Source: Octopus vulgaris (lineage: Eukaryota). Taken from it: 64,000 nt of DNA. Location of the stretch: positions 29,264,001-29,328,000 of the forward strand of contig OX597815.1 in assembly GCA_951406725.2 (NCBI GenBank), in the 5' to 3' direction. Made by a program: the position numbers and the translations under genes. Shown one piece after another: positions 1-12,422 of the stretch (positions are counted from its first letter, which is position 1; every line of letters starts with the position of its first letter). Below the pieces are notes generated by a model. That model ran no database searches. It was not told the origin of the DNA and was given only the letters and a program-made list of their open reading frames with translations.

Positions 1-1018
1 CTCATTCAAGTACTGAGGTCATTGTAATCAGCTAATCTCCTCTTAAAATTGTCAATATTGTACCTATATTTGAAAGAATGCCCTCTTGCCATTTCTGCTT
101 TTTTCCCCCTTCAGAATTAAAAATTATGAAATAACTAGTTTCATGACTAAGTTTGTAATTTTAATTGAATCAGTTTTTTATGGGGTGGCTTACTTATATC
201 AAGTATAATAACATTAACTTTACTATGAAATGATCATCTTAAGCTTTTTTTTTTTGTCCCACATAAAGCTACATTATATATTCAATGGATTGCATGCATT
301 TCTTTTTCTATTGAATTTAAATTCTACTAAATTTGACTTTGTCTTTCATTCCCCTCACCACTGAGTCAACAAAACAATAACATATAAATATACAATTTAC
401 TAAGTCAACTATACCTTCCCCTACAAAAATTGGTATTTGTAACTATTCAAAATAAATCAACATTTAGCAGTTCTCAAGTTATTCATTTATTTATTCATTT
501 ACCTGTGTATTCTGTCAAGTTGTTTACTCATGACATTCTATGACTCACATTATTTAATAAAAAAAAAAAGAATTATTTCATTTTGCTTGATTATACTCTC
601 TAACTTTATTGACAAAAGGTTGTCAGACTAAGATGGATATAGGTATGGCTCAGTAGTTTGCTTTATTGCTATGTGGTTTCAGGTTCAATCACTCTGTATA
701 GCATATTGGGCAAGTATTTTCTACTAAAGCTTTGAATCAACTACAAGTTTGCGAGCAAAATTTGATTGACAGATAGACTTAATCTGTTACCTAGTTTAAT
801 ACCACCATTTGACCTTTGCATACCTTTAGTAGAAGCCACCCTGTTGCAAACATTTGAATCAAGCCTACATTATGAGGATAACTTCCTCCCTCATATCAAT
901 GAAACCCTGTTTAGAGCTATGAGAGTTACCCTTCCTCCTCAAAGTTATGTTAAAAAACAAACTGCTTACTACCTGTAAAATTATGAATATTTCGCTGTAG
1001 TCATTATATTAAGGCTCT

Positions 1019-1660
1019 AGGCTGTGAACTGGCAGAATTTCTAGAGTGTTGGTAAAAATGCATTGGGTATTTGTTCTGGCACTTTACATTCTGAATTCAA
1101 ATGCTATTACAGTCAATTTTGCCTTTCATCCTTTTGGATTCGCTAAAATGAAGTACTGGTCAATGGTATTGACAGAGTGCATCCCTTGAAACTGTTGGCT
1201 TTGTACCTAAATCAGAAATTATATTAGTTTCAAATTTTGGTACAAGGCCATCAATTTTAAGGAAGAATGTAAGTTGATTCCATTGACCCTAGTGTTCAAC
1301 TGGTACTTATTTATATTGATCCTGAAGGTTGAATTTGAACTCAGAATATGAAAACAAATGAAATGCCACTAAGCATTTTGATTGGCATACTAACAATTCT
1401 GCTAGCTTGCTGCCTTAAATCAGTAATTGATATTAAGAAGGCTCAGGATAACAAACTGGCAGAATCGTTAGCACGCCAGGCAAAATGCTTAATAACATTT
1501 TGTTTGTCTTCATGTTCTGAGTTCAAATTCTGCAGAAGTTGACTTTGCCCTTCATCCTTTTGAGGTCAATAAAATAAGTACCATCTGAACACTGGGATCA
1601 ATGTAATCAACTTAGCCCCTTCCTCAAAGTCGCTGGACTTGTGCAAAAATTTAAAACTAA
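1019..1660. mobile_element. Cluster of three tRNA-derived SINEs, family B (+, -, +)
   Basis: A/B-box head (tggcagaatcgttag...gagttcaaattc) and core gtcgactttgcctttcatcctt resembling the Meta/MESC SINE domain. Third copy flanked by direct repeat tattaagaagg (1431, 1661). Confidence 0.8.
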
Positions 1661-2293
1661 TATTAAGAAGGTTCATTACTCTACTGCATGTCTCAGCCTG
1701 CTTTTGCTTAAAATAGGTGTCAGTGCCTTAAGTTAATGTTGGTTAAGGTATACAGTTGTAAAACAATTATGCCACCAATTCATATATTCAAATATCCAGT
1801 TTATCAAAATTCTGCCACAAAATTTGAATGCAAAACTCTGTATAAGAAAAATAAAATAAAATGAATTATTTAGCAATATCAAAACTTCTGCCCAGGTGTG
1901 AGTATTAATTTACTAATTCTTTCATCAGCATTGATCATTTAAACCAATATATTTTACAAAGCCAATCAGAAATGTTTTAGCAGAAAGTATTAATACCTTT
2001 AAGCATATTAATCTGCACTCCTGCTAACTTCTGTTTACTTTTCTAACAAAAACCAAGCATGTCTACAAGTGACAGAAAAAGAAGAGAAGGAAAACAATAA
2101 AAAAATTTATCAGGTGTTGGGATCCCATGCAAATATTTAGTTTGCTGATACATTAAGTGTTAAAAGCAAAATAGCTGAATGGATAAAATACTGAACTACC
2201 TGTACTTTACTCTAACTTCATATTTGTTGCAAATCGCAGAGCACTTTATACTGCAAATCCTTAATCTAATGGCTTAATAAATAACAACATATA

Positions 2294-2455
2294 GGTATAG
2301 GAGTGGCTGTGTGGTAAGTAGCTTGCTTACCAACCACATGGTTCCAGCTTCAGTCCCACTGTGTGGCACCTTGGGCAAGTGTCTTGGGCCGACCAAAGCC
2401 TTGTGAGTGAATTTGGTAGACGGTAACTGAAAGAAGCTCGTCGTATATATGTATG

Positions 2456-2510
<55 letters not shown>

Positions 2511-2718
2511 ATGTTTGAGTGTCTGTGTTTGTCCCCCCAACATCGCTTGACAACTGATGCTGGTGTGTTTATGTCCCCGTAACTTAGTGGTTTGGCAGAA
2601 AAGACCGATAGAATAAGTTCTAGGCTTACAAAGAATAAGTCCTGGGGTCGATTTGCTCGACTAAAGGCGGTGCTCCAGAATGGCCACAGTCACATGATTG
2701 AAACAAGTAAAAGACTAA
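2294..2718 (+). mobile_element. SINE family A (tRNA head, CORE-like ccttgggcaagt, internal TA/TG microsatellite)
   Basis: Closely similar to copies at 6974, 60447 and 63241. Confidence 0.9.
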
Positions 2719-2754
2719 ATACAGATTTGCAGTACTAAACTTGGTTTAATATTC

Positions 2755-2968
2755 GTTTCAAATTTTGGCACAAGGCCAGCAAGTTCAGTGGGGTGGGGCA
2801 TGTTGTTTATGTTGACCCCAGTACTTGACTGGTATTTATTTCATCAACTCCAAAAAGCTGAGAGGCAAAGTCGACCTTGGTAAAATTTGAACTTAAAACA
2901 TAAAGGCAAACAAAATGCCGTTAAGCATTTTACCTGGTTTACCAATAGTTCTGCCAGTTCACTGCCTT
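2755..2968 (-). mobile_element. SINE family B with TSD
   Basis: Flanked by direct repeat aacttggtttaatatt. Confidence 0.8.
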
Positions 2969-3021
2969 AACTTGGTTTAATATTGCAAACCTATATATTG
3001 TTTAGTGTTTAGATTTGTAAC

Positions 3022-3441
3022 GGATATTTTCAGTTTGAACGGCAGTTTTTTTCTAGCGGTGTCATATGAAATTGTCACCCATAATTATGACCCTAGTATC
3101 GATCTATTGCATTTCAATCTGTTTTAGGGTTAGGGGTGGGGGGAGGAGGGTATCTTTTTTTCTTCAGAAATGTAAATAAACCCAATATGTTTCTTAAACG
3201 AGGGACATATTCATACGGCACAGAATGTTTTCAGCTCAATAGACGTCATTGATTGGTTGAAATTGCAGAAATTGAAGAAAAACAACAAATATCTTACAAA
3301 CTATAGAATTTTCTCAATAAAGCCAAGAGAAAAAGACGTTTTATAAACACATTCTACCAGTATACAAAGTTTAAAAGTGTTTAGTTACGTGGAAATTATT
3401 TTTAAAAACTGCTGTTCAAGGGCGTCCGCCTTCAAAGATCC
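3022..3441. mobile_element. Non-autonomous DNA transposon (MITE), 8-bp TSD, GGAT...ATCC ends, internal TTAGGG
   Basis: TSD TTTGTAAC at 3014-3021 and 3442-3449; subterminal inverted repeat ttgaacggcagttttt / aaaaactgctgttcaa. Confidence 0.75.
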
Positions 3442-3459
3442 TTTGTAACACTAAACTTG

Positions 3460-3881
3460 ATTAGATGGAAAGCGCACAAAAGCCATTGTCACACATACTC
3501 AGGAGACATTGTTCCATTTCATTTCAAATGACTTCAATTTCCAGTGAGTCTTAGTTTTACCGTGACTATCAACAAATCACAAGGGCGAACATTTTTGGTT
3601 GCTAGTTTACACCTTGAAGAGCCCTGTTTCACCCATGGTCACCTTTACAATGGATGCTCAAAAGTGTGAATCAAGAAAAATCTTTACGTCTATGCACCAA
3701 GTGGAAAAACAAAATACTTTATTTATTGAAATATTATGAATTGCCCCAAATAATGCAGAAATATATCTTGATTGAGAGACCTACCCATCAGGAAAGACAT
3801 GGTCTGACATGGAAAAAAAATAATTTCAATACAAGCATTTTATTGTGAAAATGACTTGGTAACAATGGGCTAATCAGCTAG
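3460..3881 (+). mobile_element. Helitron 3' remnant (helicase C-terminus)
   Basis: QFPVSLSFTVTINKSQG...PCFTHGHLY matches PIF1-like helicase motifs V/VI; ends CTAG|T near 3881. Confidence 0.8.
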
Positions 3882-4257
3882 TATTTGTATATTTTATTTG
3901 CATAAACTTTAACATGTTTAGAGTTGGATCACTACAGTGTTGATTTAGTGTTAGTCTGGAGGATAGTTGTGTCACACCAATATTCCTTGTATTTATTTAG
4001 TAATAAAGTTTCAACCTTAACATAATAAATTGCAGAAAGCTCACACATACACATATCTCTATACATATAAACACTGTTTCTTTTAATGTCAAGATTCAAT
4101 CCATTACAAGAGAAAAAATAAATTAGAGATAAATTATTTTAAATAGTCCATACAATCAAATAGACTGGTTTTTAACCCTTTTGTTACCATGTTTCTGTTG
4201 AGCTGCTGTGTTTCTTTCAAATAATTTTAAGTATAACAAAGAATTTAGTTATTTTTA

Positions 4258-5317
4258 AGGAGCATATCTGGCATATTTTGCTTTATGAGTTCAATAAAGC
4301 AACAACAGAAAGTGCAAGAAATATATGCAGTATATGGGAACTGGACAATAAGTGTAAACCAGTGTCAACAATGGTTCCAGAAATTTCGAGCTGGAAACTA
4401 CAGCCTAGAAGATTAGCCTTGTCCTGGAAGATCTATAGTGCTCAACAAGGATGTCCTGAAAACCCTGGTGGAACAAAATCCCATTGTAACTGTTGAGGAA
4501 CTAGCAGAGAATCTTGGATTTGGTCATTCACCCTTTCATCAACACCTGTGTGTCATCAGAAAGTCACAAACTTTCCAAGTCTAATTGCACACAGAGAGTG
4601 AATATATGCTCTTCTTTGCTGTCACGTTTCACGAATGAACCTTTTTTGGACTGAATAGAGACTGGTGACAAGAAATGGGTTCTCTATAAAAATGTCAAGT
4701 GCCAAAGACAGTGGGTAGGGAAAGGAGAAACACAGGCATCCCAGGCTAAAGAAGGTCTTCAACCACATAAGGTGTTGTTATTTGCTTGATGGGATATGAA
4801 AGGTTTAGTCCACTTTGAACTTTAAACCCAAATCAAATTATAACAAAGGAGATCTACTGTGAGCAGCTTGAATGGCCTAAGTCAGTACTAGAAGAAAAAC
4901 GACCATCTTTGCTTTCAAGATGAAAGGTGTTCTTCCATCAAGATATTGCTCAACCACATACGGCAAGGATGACATTCTAAAGGCTGGAGCAGTTTGAATG
5001 GGAAATGATGCCCCACCCACCATATTTGCTAGACATTACCCCATTTGATTATCATTTATACCGCAGTCTTCAAAGTTATTTGGACCAAAAAAATATGAAT
5101 TCTGTAGACAAGGTCAGAACAGTACTGGAGAAGTATTTTTCATCACAGAGTAGTGCATTTTGGAAGAGGGGCGTTGAAAGTCTACCAGATAGATGGAAGA
5201 GCATTGTAGAAAATGAAGGAGAGTATATTTTAGATTTAAAAATAACTTTGTTTATCTTAATTTTGAAAAATAAAAGAAGTAAAAGAAAACCGCATTATTT
5301 ATGTGGTGACCCAATAT
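4258..5317 (+). mobile_element. Decayed mariner transposon, 5'-truncated
   Basis: HILLYEFNK, TGDKKWVLY, WDMKGLVHFE, FHQDIAQPH, PHPPYLLDITPFDYHLYRSLQ with stops and frameshifts; right TIR gcattatttatgtggtgacccaata. Confidence 0.9.
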
Positions 5318-6145
5318 ATTACTTTGCTGTATTTACTATGAGATAAGCAAACTCTGCTGTTAAATGCTAAGTGTTATGGCAATGGCTGTGACAAGATACA
5401 AATTACTTTTTGATTGGTTGTTCAGTACGCTATCAATTTGGTCATCTGTGCTCTCCTTATATAATGAATAAAGTAAGTTATTTTGAGAATCAAGTTTAGT
5501 ATGACATCTTGATTGCCAATAAAGTAAATACCTAGGTGAAAGCATAGCTGTGTGGTTAAGAAATTTGTTTTACAACTGTGATGTTCTGGGCTCAGCCTCA
5601 GTATAAAGTGATATGGAAAAGTACCTCGTACCGTAGTCTTGTACTAACCAATGCCTTTTGAGTGGAATTTGGTAGACAAAAATTGTGTGGAAGCTTATTG
5701 TATCCATATGTGTGTATATCAATAAATGATATACACATCAGTAACAAATTGTCAATGAATCAGTGCATTGAACAAAAAATACTTTCTGATATTTATCCTG
5801 AGTTGTACAGACATCACCAAATGTAATGGACCATTGATTAGTTCATTGGAAACCTATAACGATACTATTGCTCTTGTGGACAGAAACTGAAAAAGCCTAT
5901 CATATATGGGGGTGGTGTTGTTGTGTATTTGTCCCTGACCACTGTTTGACAACCGGTGTTGGTGTGTTTACATACTCATAGCTTAATGGTTTGGCAAAAG
6001 AGACCAATAAAATAAGTATCAGGTTTTAAAGAAAAACATATTGGAGTTGATTCATTCAACTAAAAATTCTTCAAGGCAGTACCCCAACATGGCCACAGTC
6101 CAGTGACTGAAACAAGTAAAAGAAAGATATATATATATATATATC

Positions 6146-6845
6146 TGTTGTCCATATTGGCATGGATTGGGCAGTTTGACCAGGGCTGGCAAGCTGGAAG
6201 CCTGCACCTGATGTCAGGCTGATTTGGCATGGTTTCTATGGCTGGATGCCCTTCCTAACAGCAACCACTCTGAGAGTGTAATGTGTGCTTTTATGTGCCA
6301 CCAGCATGGGTGCCATTTGTATGACACCAACAGCTGCCACAACTATGATTTTACTTGGCTTGATGGGTCTTCTTCTCAAGCACAACATAATGCCAAAGGT
6401 CTCTGTGTCACCTGGCTTGACAAGTCTTCTCAAGCACAGCATATCACCAAAGGTCTCAGTCACTAGTCATTGCCTCTGTGAGACCCAAAGTTCAAAGATC
6501 ATGCTTCACCACTTTGTCCCATGTCTTCCTGGGTCCACCTCTATCATAAGTTCCCTCCACAGTTAGAGATCGGCACTTTTTTACACAGCTGTCCTTGACT
6601 GTCATAGCCCATGTTTCACTGCCATGTAGCATAGCATAGCATTTTGCACACAGGAATCATACAATCTGCCTTTCATCCTGAGAGAGAGGCCCTTTGTTGC
6701 CAACAAAGGTAAGAGCTCTCTGAACTTTTCCCAGCCCATTCTTATTCTCACAGCTATGCTCTTGGAGCATCCACTTCCACTACTGACTTGGTCACCTAAA
6801 TAATGAAAGCTATGTACTATCTCTAGCTTATCTCACTGGCAATAT
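6146..6845 (-). mobile_element. Decayed RTE LINE 3' fragment
   Basis: Reverse-complement homology to the RTE at 43160-44860 (post-RT region and 3' tail). Confidence 0.75.
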
Positions 6846-6973
6846 AAAATACAGTGACAGAGATTTAATAAAATAATCAAAAGGAAACAGGAACATAATA
6901 AGGATATGTTAATACTCTAATCTTTCAAAGCTAAATAAAACACCTTTAGTAATGTAAGTGAGCAGTAGTGTAA

Positions 6974-7375
6974 GGCGCAGGAGTGGCTGTGTGGTAAGTA
7001 GCTTGCTAACCAACCACATGGTTCCGGGTTCAGTCCCACTGCGTGGCATCTTGGGCAAGTGTCTTCTGCTATAGCCCCGGGCCAACCAATGCCTTGTGAG
7101 TGGATTTGGTAGACGGAAACTGAAAGAAGCCTGTCGTATATATGTATATATATATATATATATGGGTGTGTGTGTCTGTGTTTGTGCCCCTAGCATTGCT
7201 TGACAACCGATGCTGGTGTGTTTACGTCCCCGTCACTTAGCGGTTCGGCAAAAGAGACCGATAGAATAAGTACTGGGCTTACAAAGAATAAGTCCCGGGA
7301 TCGATTTGCTCGACTAAAGGCGGTGCTCCAGCATGGCCACAGTCAAATGACTGAAACAAGTAAAAGAGTAAAGAG
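6974..7375 (+). mobile_element. SINE family A, young full copy
   Basis: CpG-intact copy ggcgcaggagtggctgtgtggtaag...gaaacaagtaaaagagtaa. Confidence 0.9.
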
Positions 7376-7794
7376 TTTAGCATTAAATAATATTATGACA
7401 GGAAGGATATCTGACTGTAGAAGATCCACTTCGTTAAATTCCAGCTGACCCATGCAAGCTTGGAAAAGTGGATGCTAAATGATGATGGTGACACTATCTG
7501 CTTATGCATAATAATCATTTTTAACTATTTTCTATGCTCGCTGTATTAAAATATATATACACAACTTAATGGTTGGTGTTGCTGAGTAATTTCCCTTCAG
7601 TGATTTATTTTGTAAATACCTCTATGTATTTAGTCCAGCATTCTAACTCTTGTTATTGCACTGCACTATTACAACTAACAGCAATAAATGGATCTTCATC
7701 ATTTTTGATTATTTTGATTGTTCAACCAACTGTAATTTATACACATTGAATTAACAGATAAGTGGTTGGTCATTCTACAGACACATTTGTTCTG

Positions 7795-7840
<46 letters not shown>

Positions 7841-8014
7841 CTTAAATATACAGGCTCAATCCATTCAAATGGCTTCCACTCAATTTTCTTCTACCCAAAG
7901 CTTGAGTCAAGCTGAAGCCAGAGTAAAAGAAACTTGCTCAAGATGCCATCAAGTAGGATCTAACCTGGAACTTCATGGTTGTGTAGTAAATGTCTTAGCT
8001 CATTTGATACCAAT

Positions 8015-9085
8015 CTGCCCAAAACTGTCACCAAAGGGGGTGGGGTCCAAGGAACCCCCTAGGGGTTGGCAAAGAATTACAGGGGCCAATGATAGCCAAG
8101 GGGTTGAATGGGGGTTGTGTCCAAAAGACTAGCTCACCCAGATGAACTGCTTGAAATACTTAGTGCCATGAAATGTGGGAAAGCATGATAAATTTTCACT
8201 GCAGCGAGAAGTTTGTGTTGCTAACATTTGAGGCCTGATGTAATTTGTATTGTAATTGAAGATTGAGGGGATGTGGACTGTCAAGTGTTTGCTTATGGAA
8301 ATGACTAGGCCTGCTAAGGGAGATAAGATATTAGATACACATCTCATAAATGTTTTTGTTGGTAAGTCATTGTAGTTGTTGGATTTGTGAAGCAGGAATG
8401 TTGATCACTTGAATGCCATGCTGTCCTTTGTGCTGTGGTTATCTCTCTATCAGCGAACTGTCTGATGTGAGTGTCGGTATTGTGGCAAAAGCCTTTTTTG
8501 AGATCAGAAGTCTGAGTGACTTTTGGTACAATAAGAAAACAAATTGAAAGGCACCCACACCTTAAAGCAGCAGCTGAGCCATTCCTTCTGGCATTTCTCA
8601 GCTCTTACATGGTGGAAACTGGCTTCAGCTTTGCAAATGCAATCCTTAGCAAACAGAGGAATTGCCTGAACCTGGAGGAACGAAGTGATTTGAAACTGAA
8701 ACTGATCAACATTCAGCCTGATATCAATGCCTAGATTCAGGATCACCATGCTCATCCCTCACATTGATATTCCAGTAATATGATGTGCTTTTCACATTTT
8801 GTAACCGTGAAAACAATTTCATAAGAACTGAAAGTTTAATACTGTATACTCGTACATGTAAATTTAAATTTAAAAAGTGTTTCATTTTCAATAGAATTTC
8901 TTAATTTGTCATACATATATATTTTAGCTAACATTTTAATTGCTATCATCAGTACTCAGTATGCATTTAAGATATAGTACAGTAGGGTAGGGTATTAAGA
9001 TATTTTAAATGAAGAGGGAGGTTGATGTGGAAGGAGAAGTGGCTAAAGAGGGTGGTCAGTGGTCGAAAAAGTTTGGCAACCCCTG
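8015..9085 (+). mobile_element. hAT (Charlie/Buster-like) remnant
   Basis: FLLAFLSSYMVETGFS...KQRNCLNLEERSDLKLKL resembles the hAT C-terminal dimerisation region; right TIR aagtttggcaacccctg. Confidence 0.75.
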
Positions 9086-9979
9086 ATTTAAGTGATCTAA
9101 ATTAAAACCTTCAATTAAAATTTCATTGGGATTTATATTCCAAACACCAGCTAATCATGATGCTATTATACTGAACCCTTCATTATTTTCAAACTTAATT
9201 GACATAATCCTTTTTACTATAGGGACAAGGCCTGATATTTTATCAGGTGACAGCTAGTTGATTACATTGACCTCAATGCTCAACTGGTACTTATTTCATT
9301 GGCCCTGGAAGGATGAAAGGCAAAGTCAATCTCAGTGACATTTGAATCAGAATGTAAAGGCAGACAAAATGCTGCTAGGTATTCTGTCCAGCATGCCTGA
9401 AAAATTGACATAACTAACCATTTGGTCATACAGCATCCTCAAAGCAGTAGTACTAGTGGTTATACTTGTAATAGTAAATCATACGTGTTTAATCTCTGTG
9501 AGACTAAAAACAAAGAGATAACTTCAAACCCGCTAAAGTCATTATGCATAAAACATTGATAAACTAATTAACATTCTTCAAGAATTTGTATCCTAATTGA
9601 AATATAATAGTTTCTATTGGTCAGGTGGCTTGAGATATGTCATAGTAGATTACCTAGAAATAATTACACTCAATTATGACAATGCAGGATTTTACATAAT
9701 TTAAATTGCTAAACAATTAGCTCAGTTGTTAGGTTTGATAGGTCTGTAAATCTTGAGTACCAAGTTCATGTCTGATTTGAAAATTTGTGCTACACTGGCA
9801 AGCAGGGATTTCAGGTATAGGCTTGGCTTGCAGTAAAGAAGTTGACTTCCAAATCACATGGTTTCAGGTTCAGTTCTACAGCATAGCACTTTGCACAGGG
9901 CAAGTGTCTTCTCCTGTAACCTTTCTTAGTGGATTTGTTGGTGGTTGGGACATTGAAAGAAGCCTGTCAAATATATATA

Positions 9980-10910
9980 TATAGGGAAAATAGAAGTTGA
10001 AAATGCACTGAGAATAGTTAAAATATTTTATATTATTATATTTAAAGATTTAACTGGTTTCATAGTTTACACTGATTTTCAAAAATTTTGAAATAGAAAG
10101 ACATGGCTTATGTCACAGCTGTTTTGCTTCTGGCTAGTGTTTGAAGCTTGCCCTATTCTTATAGTGAGTTTATGGCTCAAATTAGTATATGTTTTGAATA
10201 GGGTTTGATTATTGGAGAATAGTCACTTGGCTAGTCTTGGAAATTTTTGAAGGTTCCCCGCTACATCTGTGTGTTAGTATCAAGTGACAATGTTTTTAGC
10301 ATTGTAAGTTAAGGCTGACATGGTTGACTGAACAAGTCTAGTGGTAGTACCAAACAATCAATGCTCTAGAACCTTCTCTACGTTTTCCACTATGTCCGTC
10401 TGTTAGTGTATATTTTGTGCCTAAAATGAAGACCAACACAGTTGAGTGAACATGTTTAGTTACATTTGAGACACTCCAAATTTAATCTGTTTGGTGGGAG
10501 AGTAGACAGGAGTTGTTTGTATGTATTCCAGTGGCTAAAGTTTAGGTTGTTAGCTGTGTGGGTTTCTCATGTTAAGTGGCAGAATGAGTTTTGTGTATGA
10601 ATAGTTATTTGTGTATGTACTTTGTTAAAGTTTGTTAAGTCTGGGTTTATACTTTTGTATGAAAGTATTCTCAGTGCATTTTCAACTTCTATTTTTCCTA
10701 TATTTCTACCTGTGTGGAATAAAATAATTTTGTTTTATACACACACACACACACACACATATATACTGAATATTCTATTGGATAATAGGTCATGTTCCTC
10801 TAGTTTTCCGTTCGTATTGCCTCCATTCAAATTATAAATTGGAACTTAGCTCAATTTGAGCACTTCGATTCTAGCTTGTTTCTGAGTATTGTTAATGTTA
10901 ATAGTCTCTA
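9980..10910 (-). mobile_element. Penelope-like element 3' remnant
   Basis: Minus-strand *KCTENTFIQKYKPRLNKL* (~10690-10625) fits the GIY-YIG C-terminal ExxxIxxxxPxLN motif; inverted duplication 9980-10018 vs 10665-10702; decayed hammerhead near 10045-10085. Confidence 0.65.
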
Positions 10911-10927
10911 TATAAAATAGTATAATT

Positions 10928-11280
10928 TCATCATCATCATCATCATCATCATCGTTTAACGTCCGTTCTCCATGCTAGCATGGGTTGGACGGTTCGACCG
11001 GGGATCTGGGAAGCCAGAAGGCTGCACCAGGCTCTGGTCTTATCTGGCAACGTTTCTACAGCTGGATGCCCTTCCTAACGCCAACCACTCCGTGAGTGTA
11101 GTGGGTGCTTTTTACGTGCCACCTGCACTGGTGCCAGGCGAGGCTGGCATCGGCCACGGTCGGATTGGTGCATTTTATGGAAGCCAGTCGAGGTGGCACT
11201 GGCTTCGGCTACGATTCGGATGGTGCTTTTTACGTGCCACCGACACGGAAGCCAGTCGAGGCGGTGCTGGCATCGGCCAC
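10928..11280 (-). mobile_element. RTE 3'-tail fragment with (ATG)n tail
   Basis: Same tail as 44450-44860; near-identical to 39388-39665 and 32145-32262. Confidence 0.85.
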
Positions 11281-11935
11281 ATATGCATATATATATGTAC
11301 ATATATATATGCACACACACACACACACACACATATATATACATACATACATACATACATGCTTACATACATGCTTACATACATACATACATACATACAC
11401 ATGAAAGGCTTCTTTCAGTGCGTGTGTGTGTGTATCTTTGTGTCTGTGTTTGTCCCCCACTACTGTTTGACAATTGCTGTTGGTGTGTTTACATCCCCAC
11501 AACTTAGCAGTTTGGCAAAAAGCCATCAACAGAATCAGTACTAGGCTTTACAAAAAGTAATAAGTACTGAGGTTCACTTGTTTGACTAAAAATCTTAAAG
11601 TATGGCCACAGTCTAATAACTGAAACCAGTAAGAGATAACAAGTAGGTTTAATAGCATTACAAGGTTTGGAGAAATATTAAGCCTTTACTGAATTAGACA
11701 GTTTTCATGATTCAGTTAACATTTCTGTTTCATCTTACCAGGCACAGGAGTGGCTGTGTGGTAAGAAGCTTGCTTCCCAACCACATGGTTCCAGGTTCAG
11801 TCCTACTGCATGGCATCTTGGGCGTCTTCTGCTATAGCCTCAGGCTGACCAAAGCCTTGTGAGTGGATTTGGTAGATGGAAACTGAAAGAAGCCTGTTGC
11901 ATGTATATATATATATATATAGCAGGCCATGCTAC

Positions 11936-11982
11936 TCCAGACTGATGACGAGCAAGACTCAGAAATATGTCATGTCTCTGGA
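11936..11982 (+). ncRNA. Type I hammerhead ribozyme motif
   Basis: tccaga-CTGATGA-cgag caaga ctca-GAAA-tatgtcatGTC-tctgga: 6-bp stem I, intact core boxes, GUC site; stem II closing pair is a C.A mismatch. Confidence 0.75.
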
Positions 11983-12143
11983 TGCAGGCTTAGCTGTTGG
12001 GGGTGCTTGTCTCCCCATTGTAAAAATAAGGTCACAGGAAATGTGTCAAGGCCGACAGGAAGCGTTGATGCTTCCTAGAGCTTAATAGCAGTGGTGTAAT
12101 TCCCTCTATGGGACTGTCATGTTAAGTTGACAGTATACAACCG

Positions 12144-12186
<43 letters not shown>

Positions 12187-12215
12187 CTTTATTTAAAGCA
12201 GCAGAAAATTCCACA

Positions 12216-12260
12216 AAACCTGTTACTCTGAGTTTCGCATTGCCGTTCGTCGGACAGTTT
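12216..12260 (-). ncRNA. Type I hammerhead-like motif with CCGACGA core
   Basis: Reverse complement aaactgt-CCGACGA-acggcaatgc-GAAA-ctcagaGTA-acaggttt. Confidence 0.6.
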
Positions 12261-12368
12261 ATTCACTGATCACCAAAATTAGAACTATTAAATTTCTAAA
12301 TATCTCAGAGAGATATGAGCGGTGGTGGAATGATAGAGCAGTTGTATACTGTCAACTTAATGTTGACA

Positions 12369-12422
<54 letters not shown>

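Noticed and set aside
3124-3136. TTAGGG repeats as telomeric sequence
   Set aside because: Only two units, inside a TSD-flanked MITE.
5360-5545. Minus-strand 61-aa ORF as a host exon
   Set aside because: No recognisable homology; lies between a mariner end and a decayed SINE.
10972-11544. 190-aa ORF and the many YIYI/HTHT/CVCV ORFs
   Set aside because: Translations of microsatellites and SINE/LINE tails.
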